In this document: piece after piece, positions 22,795 to 31,687 of the stretch
Layout of the letters: each line of letters opens with the position of its first letter
Numbering within the stretch: the first letter of the stretch is position 1
Notes under the pieces: model-generated
Seen by the model: the letters and a program-made list of their open reading frames with translations, nothing else
The model's database searches: none
Told to the model about the DNA's origin: nothing
Assembly: GCA_963662335.2 (NCBI GenBank)
Contig: CAXXVD010000002.1
Coordinates: 224,001 to 288,000, forward strand
Origin: Chloroflexota bacterium
GTDB taxonomy: Bacteria; Chloroflexota; UBA11872; VXOZ01
Direction of reading: 5' to 3'
DNA: 64,000 nt
Translations under genes and position numbers: made by a program

Positions 22795-23181
22795 CTACCT
22801 TATTGCTGCGAGTTTGGCCAGGATGCGGTTGGGCGCGCCGGTCAGCCCCAAGCGCAGCCACTCCCGCACCCGGTATTTGCGGGCGCTGGCGACCTTTGTG
22901 CTGTCCGGCGTATCGACAATGGCGACCACGTCGCTGAGGTCCACGTCCGGCGGGAACTCCGCCGTCACGTCCGGGCCTTTGCTGGCTGGCTCTTCGCCCC
23001 GGTTTGCCGCGCCGGACGCGGCGCCGCGCGCTTCCTGCCACGTGCACGCCGCCGCCGCGTAGACCGTCTCGCTGCCGCTCTTGCGGATCAGCGTCACGGC
23101 GCGCAGCCGCCCCTGCCGGATTCGCGCCCGGTTCGCCTGCGCGTGGGCAACCTGCCTGCTATCGAGCATTCTTTTCTCCAT
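22795..23181 (-). CDS. Putative neck / head-closure protein
   Basis: Small beta-rich ORF directly after the adaptor-like gene. Function assigned from position only. Confidence 0.45.
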   Translation of the reverse strand: MEKRMLDSRQVAHAQANRARIRQGRLRAVTLIRKSGSETVYAAAACTWQEARGAASGAANRGEEPASKGPDVTAEFPPDVDLSDVVAIVDTPDSTKVASARKYRVREWLRLGLTGAPNRILAKLAAIR

Positions 23182-23595
23182 TTCCGTTCAACGTCGGCCC
23201 GCCATTCCCGCGAAAGCGGGAATCCATCTTCTCATCGTCAATTCCCACTCCCCAGCGGGGGACAAGCCCCCGCGCTACACAGAGTTCACCCCCAAAACCC
23301 GGCAGTGCGACCGTTCGCGCTGAGCTTGTCGAAGCGTGAACGGTCTCACGGCGCGCGCCAACAAATGATGCACCATGTCATTCCGAACGGAGCGCAGCGG
23401 AGTGTCGAACCCTGTTCGCGGAATCTAGAGTCTTGGAGCAGCCGGGCGCGTTGCCGTATGGCACGAGATTCCTCGCTGCGCTCGGAATGACAGAAGCGCC
23501 GGTCTGCGTCTGAAACAGGGGCTGCAAGCGGCGCGACCAATGCGCTGGCGTATGCGAACAGACCCGCGCCAGCTAGCGTTCCCCATTGTTGCCGT

Positions 23596-24264
23596 TTAGC
23601 GTTCCGCATTCGTGCCGTCCACCGTCCACGCCACGCTCCCCCGCGTCTGCTGCGCCCGCTCCTGCCGCAGGCGCGCAAGCTCTTTCTCGAACGCCTCCCG
23701 CGCGTCCATGCCCTTGCGCCACCAGGCCGCGCTCACCATGCTCGTATCCACGCCCGCGCCTTGCTGGCCGTCCTGGTAGCGGAAGTTATCGGACTTCGGC
23801 GTGGCGTAGGCCAGGCAAGCGTGGGCGTACGCGCCGGTGGTGAGCAGGCCGGTGTGGGCGTCCGGCAGCGTCCACTGGCTCTCGCTGGCGACGTGTTTCG
23901 CGCCCCAGCGCACCCGCGCCGGTTCCGCCGCGCCGGGCGCTTCCGGCACGAGCAGGAAGACGTAGCCCGGCGTGCCGTCGCTGGCGGGCAGCGTCATGAA
24001 CGTGCAGAGCGCCGGCGGATAGCGGCCCGTGGGCCACTCCACCTCCTCCACGCTCCACACGCCCGCCAGGCTGCTCACGTCCAGCAGGCGCGAGCCGGCG
24101 CTGGTGGTCAGGGTGGCGTCGCGGGTCCAGGGCGCGGCGCGGGAGAGTTCGCTCAGGGCGCGGTCGATGGCGTGATCGAGGTCCGCGTCGCTGAAGCGCG
24201 CCTCGCTGCCGGCCGGATCGAACAATTCGCCGCGCAAGACGCCGCGAAATTCGCTCAATGTCAT
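23596..24264 (-). CDS. Putative head-tail adaptor/connector protein
   Basis: N-terminal MTLSEFR..LR..L.D....RFSDADLDHAIDRALSEL helical pattern typical of adaptors. Directly follows the capsid gene. Confidence 0.65.
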   Translation of the reverse strand: MTLSEFRGVLRGELFDPAGSEARFSDADLDHAIDRALSELSRAAPWTRDATLTTSAGSRLLDVSSLAGVWSVEEVEWPTGRYPPALCTFMTLPASDGTPGYVFLLVPEAPGAAEPARVRWGAKHVASESQWTLPDAHTGLLTTGAYAHACLAYATPKSDNFRYQDGQQGAGVDTSMVSAAWWRKGMDAREAFEKELARLRQERAQQTRGSVAWTVDGTNAER

Positions 24265-24453
24265 AGGTTTTCCTTACGTTGACAACTACACACGGATTGC
24301 TCGGCACAACGAAGCGCGCGCTCAGGCAGAGAGCCACCGCCCCCGCCCGGTAGGGGCACGACACGTCGTGCCCCTACCGGGCGTTCCCTCTCTCTTACGG
24401 AAGAAGGTGACGGCGGCAAATGTCCTCTCCGCCTCCGGTTCCCTCTCCCGCTG

Positions 24454-24604
24454 GAGACCTTTGCATAATTCTGTCACTCCGGCGAAAGCCGGAGTCCAGA
24501 TGCCCTTTTGCAACTGTAAATGGCTTGACAACCGCTATTCTTGGCTGTAAGAGCGCCTCTGGATTCCGGCTTTCGCCGGAATGACGGAATTACGCAAAAG
24601 TCTC
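24454..24604. mobile_element. MITE with IS5 (IS1106-like) ends
   Basis: GAGACCTTTGCATAA ... TTACGCAAAAGTCTC, essentially the same ends as the IS5 at 8381-9630. No ORF. Confidence 0.8.
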
Positions 24605-24634
24605 TGCTGGGAGAGAGTTAGGGTGAGGGCCGCC

Positions 24635-26629
24635 CTACGCCACGTCCGCCCAATACGCGCCCCGGAAGTCCAGCCAGCCGCCGCCGAACTCCCAGCGCAC
24701 CTTGTAGCTGATGGCGTCGTTGGTGAAGACCGAGCCGGCCGTCGGGTTGTCCTGCACCAGCAGTTCCGGCGTCTCCTGGCCGTTGATGAAGCCCACCTCC
24801 AGGCACTCGCTCTGGGCCGGATCCGCCATCAGGTAGTAGTCCTTGACGTCGGTGAACTGCGGCGCCACGAGCGGCTCCACCATGCCCTGGAGCGGATTGG
24901 CATCGTTGTTCTGGCTGCCGGGCAGCAGCGTGCTGTTGAGGATCGTCACCGCGGTCCAGTAGAGGTCCGGCGGCAGCAGCAGGTAGCGCGGCTTGAGGCC
25001 CAGGCGCTTGCCGGCGCTGTTGGTCTGCTTCATCATCGCCGTGATCGCGGCCTGGAGCGCCGCCGCCGAGAGCGCGGTCGTGCCGCGATTCTTGTGCGCG
25101 GTCTGGCTGCCGTCGTCGAAGACCTTCGTGTTGTCCGCCAAGCGCGGATTGCTCGTGAAGAGGCCGTAGACGAACTCGTTGATCGTCGTGGCCGCGGCAA
25201 TCGCCAGCTTGGTGGGAATGCGCCGCACCGCCTCCAGGTCGTCGTTCAGGATCGCCTCGCGGGTGACCACCACCAGGTTGCCGCGCTTGGCCGGCGTGTA
25301 CGTCTCGCGGGTGTCGTCCCAGGCCAGGTTCGTGTAGGCGGCGTTCTCGTTCACCGTGCCGAGCGCGGCGAAGTCGTGCAGCAGCACCCGGTACTGGGGC
25401 TTGTAGTCGCGGATGGCGCGGATCGCGCAGAACTTCTTCCAGTCCTGGGGCTGCGCGGCGTAGTCCTGCACCAGACGCTTGGTAATGGCGTTGGCCAGGG
25501 CGTGGTTGAGCACGCTGGTGGTGACCTCGTTGGCCTCGCGCACCAGCGAAAGCTCAGGATTCAGAGCGCCGCGCACCTCGGCGTCGCCCGTAATCTGCAC
25601 GTAGGCTTCGCGGATGCTCGACCAGGCGGGCGCCGGCGCGTCGCCGCCCATGTCCCGCACGCCCAGCAGGCGCGCCAGGCCGGCCGCGGCGGCGGCCAGG
25701 CCCCGGTCGGCGCCCGCCGTGCCCAGGCTCACGCGCGCCTTCTCCGCGCCCGCGCCGCGCACGCCGTTGCCGCCGCCGGCGAGCGCGCGCACGGTCTCCA
25801 CCTCGTCCTGAATGGCCTGTTCCAAGACCTCGGTCGTAAAGGTCTGCCCCGCGAAGCGGCGGCGCAACTTGCGCGTGATGGCGCGCGGCAAGGCGGCGGT
25901 TTCCAGCCGCTCGTTGAGCGCCGTCATGCACGCCAGTTTGGCCTCGGCCTCCGCCAGGCGCGTCTCGGTGTTGGCTGCGGTCGTGTCTCCCATCTGTACC
26001 TCCTCGGTATGGGATGAATCATGCGACTCCGCCCCGTCCTGGGGGCGGTCGTTCACGGTGTTGGCCTGTTCGTCTTGCTGCAAGGTATCCTCCTTGTGTG
26101 TGTCGGTACCCTCCGACGCCGGCAAGATCTGTTCGAACGCGCCGCCGGCCGCGGCCCGGGTGACCACGTCGCACGAGCGCAGCGCCGGAATGCTCTCCAC
26201 CACCTGGACGGTCGCGCCGTTCTGGCGCTGGGCGCGCACCGACGCCAGCGAGTCGATGGAGAGCCCCAGCACGTCGGGACGCCCCAAGTCGACGGCCTCT
26301 TGCACCAGGCTCCAGAGCCAGTCGGCGCTGGCGAAGATATGGAGCACGGCGCGCACACGGTCGCCTTCCAGCCGGGGTTCGCGGTAGAAGCCCACCACGT
26401 CGCGCACGCTGCGGGGCTTCTCGCTGCCCTCGGCCGCGGGCGCGGGATGGTCGGCAAAGGCGCGCAACCCGTCAAGCTGCGCCGCCACGTCCCGCAGCGC
26501 CTGGGGCGTGAAATAGCGGCCGTTGCGCGATAGCCCCTGCCGCAACACGGTCACGGCCACCTCCCGCCGGGGCGCGTCCAGTTGCGCCTCTTGCAACGGC
26601 ACGAGCAACGCGAGTTGTTCCGGTTTCAA
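24635..26629 (-). CDS. Fused prohead protease - scaffold - major capsid protein (Mu gpT-like, HK97 fold)
   Basis: Protease motifs SRNGRYF, FADHP, GLSID and SCDVVTRAAAGG. Capsid motifs VTREAILNDDL..RIPTKL and DAISYKVRWEFGGGWLDFRG. Start uncertain: TTG 26629 with AAGGAG RBS, or ATG 26671. Confidence 0.85.
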   Translation of the reverse strand: MKPEQLALLVPLQEAQLDAPRREVAVTVLRQGLSRNGRYFTPQALRDVAAQLDGLRAFADHPAPAAEGSEKPRSVRDVVGFYREPRLEGDRVRAVLHIFASADWLWSLVQEAVDLGRPDVLGLSIDSLASVRAQRQNGATVQVVESIPALRSCDVVTRAAAGGAFEQILPASEGTDTHKEDTLQQDEQANTVNDRPQDGAESHDSSHTEEVQMGDTTAANTETRLAEAEAKLACMTALNERLETAALPRAITRKLRRRFAGQTFTTEVLEQAIQDEVETVRALAGGGNGVRGAGAEKARVSLGTAGADRGLAAAAAGLARLLGVRDMGGDAPAPAWSSIREAYVQITGDAEVRGALNPELSLVREANEVTTSVLNHALANAITKRLVQDYAAQPQDWKKFCAIRAIRDYKPQYRVLLHDFAALGTVNENAAYTNLAWDDTRETYTPAKRGNLVVVTREAILNDDLEAVRRIPTKLAIAAATTINEFVYGLFTSNPRLADNTKVFDDGSQTAHKNRGTTALSAAALQAAITAMMKQTNSAGKRLGLKPRYLLLPPDLYWTAVTILNSTLLPGSQNNDANPLQGMVEPLVAPQFTDVKDYYLMADPAQSECLEVGFINGQETPELLVQDNPTAGSVFTNDAISYKVRWEFGGGWLDFRGAYWADVA

Positions 26630-26696
26630 GGCGTCATTCTCCTTTCGCTGCTGTGAGTCGTACGTATTCATGCGGCCACTTGGTACAATAGCGACC

Positions 26697-27275
26697 ATGA
26701 ACGATAACCAATCTCCCGCCGCCGTTGCGCTCACCGTGGTCGTCGCGCCCTCCCAGGCCGGCGGCTACTGGGCGGAACTGCCGTCCCTGCCGGGCTGCGC
26801 GGCCCAGGGCGACACCGTTGACGCCGTGCTCACCGACCTCACCATGGCGGCGGAGATGTTCCTCTCGCAGGAAGCGCCGCCGGCCGATACGCTCGCGCTG
26901 CGCACGGTTGCCGCCGCAGTGGGCGACGCCGCGTACCGCCTGCCGGCCGTCACCTGGCGCGTGGGGCGGCGCGTCCACGCCGTCGCCATTCCCGTCCACG
27001 ACCGCGTGGCGCGCGGCGAAACCGAGGAAGAGGCCCTGGCGCAACTGCAACGGCTGCTGCCCGCCTGGATAAGCGCCGACCTGAGCGAGGGCGAGACCGT
27101 GCCGGTGGTCGGGGTGGCCGATACCGCCGCCATCCACCCCCGCGTCGGCCAGGCCACCGGCGCGCCCTTGTCCCAAAACGAGGCCCTCAAGCCCGAAGTC
27201 GTCCTGGTGCTGCTCCGCGCCGCCGGCATGACCAAAGAGCAACTGAGCGAGATGCTGGACTACGATCCGGATTAG
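26697..27275 (+). CDS. Tandem HicB-like domains fused to a degenerate HicA-like C-terminus
   Basis: GGYWAELPSLPGCAAQGDT (HicB), ARGETEEEALAQL (second HicB-like) and LKPEVVLVLLRAAGMTKEQL (HicA-like tail). Confidence 0.65.
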   Translation: MNDNQSPAAVALTVVVAPSQAGGYWAELPSLPGCAAQGDTVDAVLTDLTMAAEMFLSQEAPPADTLALRTVAAAVGDAAYRLPAVTWRVGRRVHAVAIPVHDRVARGETEEEALAQLQRLLPAWISADLSEGETVPVVGVADTAAIHPRVGQATGAPLSQNEALKPEVVLVLLRAAGMTKEQLSEMLDYDPD

Positions 27276-27361
27276 CCTCATCTTCCTCCCAAATGCCCCC
27301 TTTCCCTCGAGGAAGAGGGCCGGGGTGAGGGTGTCTCCGGCCAGCCGTTCACACACCATCC

Positions 27362-28648
27362 TCACTCCTCCTCAGCCAGAAACCGCCGGAAGAGCCGCGC
27401 CGCGTCCTCCGTTTCCAGCCAGCCCTCGCCCTGCGCCAGTTGCAGCGAGCGCGCGAACGACTCGGCGTGCGGCCCGGCCACCTGCGCCACGTCCGGCTGG
27501 AGTTCCTGGAAGACCACGCGAAACGCCGTATCGACGTCCGCCGCCAGCGCGCCGGCCTCCTGTTTGGCCTGGATTGCCCGCGCCACGAGACGGCGCAGGT
27601 AGCGGCCAAAGAGTTCCTGGCGGCGTTGGAAGCGCCGCAGCGTGGGCAGGCCCATCTCGGCCGCGGTGGCCCGGTTCACGTGCCCGCCTTCCGCGAGATA
27701 GTGCTCCGGCAGGCCCGCGCCGGCCGCGATCATCAGCTTGAGCGCGCGGCCGTCGGCGGCCACGTCGTCGGCGCCAATCGCGGGCTGCACCGGCTGCCAG
27801 GTTTCCGCTTCGTTGTGGAAGACCACCGTGCCGGGGGCGGGCGGGTGGGCGTAGGCGGCCATCTTGGCCAGCAGGTCGTTGCGCGTCGCGCCGCGCACGG
27901 TCACGTCGTAGATGAAACTGCCTTTGAGCCGGTTGATGCGGGCGCGGTCGACGAGCCAGTCCCGGTACCGCTTGAGCCAGGGCAGCAGGGGCGCCAGGTC
28001 GCTGCGGCCCCGCAGGGCGTTGGAGACGCGGTTGATGGTGAAGTGCTCCATCTCCCCGGCGGCCACCCAGTAGCCGGGGTCCGCGCCCACGCCGCGCACC
28101 CGGTAGCGCAGCGCGCGCTCGACGTCTTCCGGCGCGGTCTCGATCTGCTCGATGAGGAGCGGATCAAGCTGCCGCAGGCGGATTTCGCCGGCAAGCGGGT
28201 CGGTGAAAACCCGCACGAACTGCTCGCCGTAGAGGGCAAGCTCGGTGTAGAGGCTGTAGACGCGGGTGTCCATGCTGTTGTCGAGATGCCGCCAGAAGGC
28301 GTCCACCGCTTCCTGCGCCGCCGGGCTGGCGCACGCGATGCGCACGCCGCCGCCCAGCACGAAATTGGCCTGGACGTCGATGACGGCGTAGGCCAACGGA
28401 TTGGTGACGTAGGCCTCGTAGACCTCGCGCAGCAACCGCTGATGGTCCCAAAGGGGATCGTCCCGCGTCTCCGCCGCGCCGGCGGCCTGGCGGTAGCCGA
28501 TGTCCTCAGCCGCTACCGCCTCCTGCACCCGCGCCTGGATCACGTCGCCAAAGAGCCGCTCGCCCACGCGCCGCCACCACTGTCTCGTCTGTATTGCCAT
28601 CGCGCTCGCTTTCTGCTCTTCTGCACTTTTCTGTTCTTTGTCCGGCAT
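27362..28648 (-). CDS. Phage portal protein
   Basis: YVTNPLAYAVID..ANFVLGGG, LALYGEQF, RGRSDL and LPEHYL...NRATA motifs. Lies between terL and capsid. Confidence 0.85.
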   Translation of the reverse strand: MPDKEQKSAEEQKASAMAIQTRQWWRRVGERLFGDVIQARVQEAVAAEDIGYRQAAGAAETRDDPLWDHQRLLREVYEAYVTNPLAYAVIDVQANFVLGGGVRIACASPAAQEAVDAFWRHLDNSMDTRVYSLYTELALYGEQFVRVFTDPLAGEIRLRQLDPLLIEQIETAPEDVERALRYRVRGVGADPGYWVAAGEMEHFTINRVSNALRGRSDLAPLLPWLKRYRDWLVDRARINRLKGSFIYDVTVRGATRNDLLAKMAAYAHPPAPGTVVFHNEAETWQPVQPAIGADDVAADGRALKLMIAAGAGLPEHYLAEGGHVNRATAAEMGLPTLRRFQRRQELFGRYLRRLVARAIQAKQEAGALAADVDTAFRVVFQELQPDVAQVAGPHAESFARSLQLAQGEGWLETEDAARLFRRFLAEEE

Positions 28649-28722
28649 TCCGCTAACTCCTACATTCCCTCTATGTGCTGCCTTTCCTCGACGACCTGAA
28701 TTCCCTCGATGTGCTCCATCTT

Positions 28723-29230
28723 CGTTCGCCCTGAGCGTGTCAAAGGCGTCCGCCGCCGTCATTCCCGCGCCCGCACTCCGTCATTCCCGCGCCCGCACTA
28801 CGTCATTCCCGCGAAAGCGGGAATCCATCTTCTCCGCCGGCGCCGCCGCCGCGCCTGCGGGGGGACAAGCCCCCGCGCTACGTGTCAGCCGCCTTGCCGG
28901 TTTGTCCTTCCTTGCCGTTCGCCCTGAGCGTGTCGAAGGGCGTCCGCCGCCGTCATTCCCGCGCCCGCACCCCGTCATTCCCGCGAAAGCGGGAATCCAT
29001 CTTCTCCGCCGGCGCCGCCGCCGCGCCTGCGGGGGGACAAGCCCCCGCGCTACGTGTCAGCCGCCTTGCCGGTTTGTCCTTCCTTGCCGTTCGCCCTGAG
29101 CGTGTCGAAGGGCGTCCGCCGCCGTCATTCCCGCGCCCGCACTACGTCATTCCCGCGAAAGCGGGAATCCATCTTCTCCGCCGCCGCCGCCGCCGCGCCT
29201 GCGAGGGGCAAGCCCCCGCGCTACGGCTCA
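28723..29230. repeat. Tandem mosaic (BIME-like) of REP families, about three units with a 172-bp period
   Basis: CGTTCGCCCTGAGCGTGTC near 28723, 28916 and 29088, each followed by GTCATTCCCGCGAAAGCGGGAATCCA and a family A REP. Confidence 0.85.
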
Positions 29231-29248
29231 GCCGCCTCTTCGCCGGTA

Positions 29249-30799
29249 TCAATAGCCTTCCGTCCGCGCTTCTTGCGGCGGCAGCGCCACCGACGCGGCC
29301 GGCGGCGCGCCGCCTTCCACCGCGCGCGTCAGCAGGGCCAGGGCCGACACGTAATCGTCGTGGCCTTGGCCGCTGGGCACGTGGAAGCCGATGCGCTGGC
29401 CGGCATGCAGCGTCAAGCGGCACCTGCGCGCTTGGCGCCGGCACTCCCGGTGTTCCGGCGAGCCGTCGTCGGCCCACAGTTGCAGGCGGCCGCCGCCCAC
29501 CAGACTGCGCAGGTCGTAGCCCAGGGCGCTCTTGGACTGCGCCGTGAACGTAAACGGCTCCACCCGCTCAGCCCCCAGGCGCGCCCGCAGGAAGCGGGCC
29601 AGCGCGTCGCCGATGCCGGTGGCGTCGATGATTGCCCGCTGCGCGCGCCATTCCTCGCCCAGCAGGCGCGCCAGGCGGGCGTACTGCTCGGTGGTAGGCA
29701 GGCCGGTCCACTGGTAGGCGTTCACCACCTGCACCGCGGGCAGGGCGAACCCCAATACCGGGTCGTGCCGCCAGACCCGCTCGCCAATCAAGACCACCGT
29801 GCTGTCGCGCCGCGTATTGCCGCTCGTTTCGCCAAGAGCGGTTTCCTCACCGGCCACGTCCACCGCCGCCACGTAGTGCGCGTCGGCCTGCGGTTCCCGT
29901 TGCCGTTCGTGCGCGCCTTGCAGCGCCGCTTGCAGTTCCGGCGTGAAGAAGCCGGTGGCGTCGTCCACCTCTTCCAGGCAGTACTGGGTGCGGATGACCA
30001 GGTCGTTCGCGCCGCGCTGGCGGATCTGCGCCCGCACCGCCGCGCCGTAACGCGGGTTCTCCCGCGCCCCCACCTGCCAGGGAAAGGAAAAATGCCGCCG
30101 CTCGCCGGTCTCCTTTTCTCCTGCGAGGTTTATTGCTTTGTATTGAGCGAGGAGCGTATCGTTCGTCCACGGCGTGCCGTAGAGCACGATCGTCGCGTTC
30201 TGCGCCGCAGCCATGGGCAGGAACTCCTTGGCGAACTTCTCCGCGTCCACGTCCTGGGCTTCGTCCACTTCCAGCAGCAGGTCGGCGGTGGCGCCGACCA
30301 CGTTGGCCTGCTCGTGGGCCGAGAGAAACAGCGCCCGCGCCTTGCCAACGGCAATCATGTTGCCGGGGACGCGCCGCCAGTGGGGCGCCAGCCAGGGACG
30401 TTCCAGCGCCTCTTCCAGACGCAGGCGCGAGATGAGGGTCTGCGGCGTGAGCGTGGGCGCGCACTTGACGACCGTGCCGCCGCGCCGTTGATGGCGGTAG
30501 AGCAGGTAGGCTTCCAGATGGGCCGAAAGCTCGTTCTTGCCCATCTGCCGGGCCATCTCCACGGTGAAGATCTTGCCCTCCCGCCGCCGCACGCTGGCCA
30601 GCACCGCCCGCGCTACCGTTAATTGGTAAGAACGCAGCGGCCGTCCCACGAGCGCGCGCGAAAAGTGGGCGATGTCGGTGAGGGTGTGGCGGAAGAAGGC
30701 GCGCGCCAGCGCGTTGCCGTCGTTGCCGCCCGCCGTTGACGGCGGCGGCGCGGCGTCCTTCCTAAACCGGTTTTCTCTGTCGGCTAGATTAGTCTGCAC
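29249..30799 (-). CDS. Terminase large subunit
   Basis: LRSYQ adenine motif, Walker A MARQMGKNE, Walker B LLEVDEAQ, GTPW, and RNase-H acidic triad VDVAG / IDATG / HDD. Start codon approximate. Confidence 0.9.
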   Translation of the reverse strand: MQTNLADRENRFRKDAAPPPSTAGGNDGNALARAFFRHTLTDIAHFSRALVGRPLRSYQLTVARAVLASVRRREGKIFTVEMARQMGKNELSAHLEAYLLYRHQRRGGTVVKCAPTLTPQTLISRLRLEEALERPWLAPHWRRVPGNMIAVGKARALFLSAHEQANVVGATADLLLEVDEAQDVDAEKFAKEFLPMAAAQNATIVLYGTPWTNDTLLAQYKAINLAGEKETGERRHFSFPWQVGARENPRYGAAVRAQIRQRGANDLVIRTQYCLEEVDDATGFFTPELQAALQGAHERQREPQADAHYVAAVDVAGEETALGETSGNTRRDSTVVLIGERVWRHDPVLGFALPAVQVVNAYQWTGLPTTEQYARLARLLGEEWRAQRAIIDATGIGDALARFLRARLGAERVEPFTFTAQSKSALGYDLRSLVGGGRLQLWADDGSPEHRECRRQARRCRLTLHAGQRIGFHVPSGQGHDDYVSALALLTRAVEGGAPPAASVALPPQEARTEGY

Positions 30800-30901
30800 A
30801 AGTCTCTTCCTGAGCGGTTTTCCCGCGTGGACTTTCTCGCCCTCTCCGGCCGGCGGGTGACAAGCCCCCGCGCCACGTTCCGCTAATCCCGCTCTACGCT
30901 C

Positions 30902-31404
30902 CGCCAGTCCGGTAGCGCAGGTTTGCAACCTGCGTCCCCGGTCAGCGGGTGACAAGCCCCCGCGCAACCGCATTGGCTCTTTCTGTCATTCCGAGCGCAG
31001 CGAGGAATCTAGAGTCCATGCGGAGCGCGGTCCAATTGATCGAGAATCCTAGATTCCTCACTGCGCTGCGCTCCGTTCGGAATGACATGCGTGTGCAGAC
31101 CATCGGCCCGGCTACCAAGGCCGGGCGCTCCATTTGGAATGACATGCACAAGAGGCAAACAGGGCGCTGTGCTTCCATGTTCCTTCCATAGAGTCGGACA
31201 AGCCCCCGCGCTAGGTTTCGCCAGTCCGGTAGCGCAGGTTTGCAACCTGCGTCCCCGGTCGGCGGGTGACAAGCCCCCGCGCAACCGCATTGGCTCTTTC
31301 TGTCATTCCGAGCGCAGCGAGGAATCTAGAGTCCATGCGGCGCGCGGTCCAATTGATCGAGAATCCTAGATTCCTCACTGCGCTGCACTCCGTTCGGAAT
31401 GACA
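30902..31404. repeat. 186-bp direct repeat of a composite REP cassette (30902-31087 and 31219-31404)
   Basis: Two near-identical copies 317 bp apart; I count three substitutions. Confidence 0.85.
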
Positions 31405-31435
31405 AAGCGCGCGCAATGCGGAACGGCCATTCCGG

Positions 31436-31687
31436 TTACTGCCCTGGCGCGAAGCGCAGAATGCCGTTCAGCAGCGCCGCGGCAAACGGCGAAGCGAAGA
31501 TGCCGATCAGAATCACGTTGATCTTCGCTTCCAGCCGGGCGTAGTCCTCCCGCGTGTTCTCCGCCAATTCGCGCGTCACTTGACCGTACGCGCAGCCGTG
31601 TTGCGCCAGGCGGTCGGCCAACTCGTGGCAGCGCGCGGCGTGTTGCGGCGGCGTATGGGTGTTCGGTTCATTCAGTGTGGTCGGCAT
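31436..31687 (-). CDS. Small coiled-coil protein with one C-terminal transmembrane segment (holin/XhlA-like topology)
   Basis: EDYARLEAKINVILIGIFASPFAAALL. Overlaps the terS stop region. Confidence 0.5.
   Translation of the reverse strand: MPTTLNEPNTHTPPQHAARCHELADRLAQHGCAYGQVTRELAENTREDYARLEAKINVILIGIFASPFAAALLNGILRFAPGQ

Noticed and set aside
21797-23047. N-terminal ~417 aa of the 1072-aa ORF (19829-23047)
   Set aside because: It overlaps three better same-strand genes in other frames and has Arg/Gly-rich shadow composition. A GTG with a strong RBS at 21796 is the plausible start.
23346-23678. Short ORFs built from repeat translations (e.g. CHSERSEES, RGTSPRAT, QVANLRY)
   Set aside because: The peptides are translations of REP families A and B and the GTAGCGCAGG family, and recur in many spurious ORFs.
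19300-24264. Tailocin or contractile injection system
   Set aside because: No sheath, baseplate wedge (gpJ/gp25) or tube gene is recognised, whereas the head and DNA-packaging genes are complete.
28723-29230. Regularly spaced repeats as a possible CRISPR array (also 19650-19810, 33066-33243 and 48601-48720)
   Set aside because: The intervening sequences are themselves repeated rather than unique spacers. The units are REP mosaics or short tandems, and there are no cas genes.
30902-31404. Near-identical repeat pair as a diversity-generating retroelement TR/VR
   Set aside because: Both copies are intergenic REP cassettes, neither lies at the 3' end of a target gene, and there is no reverse transcriptase in the window.
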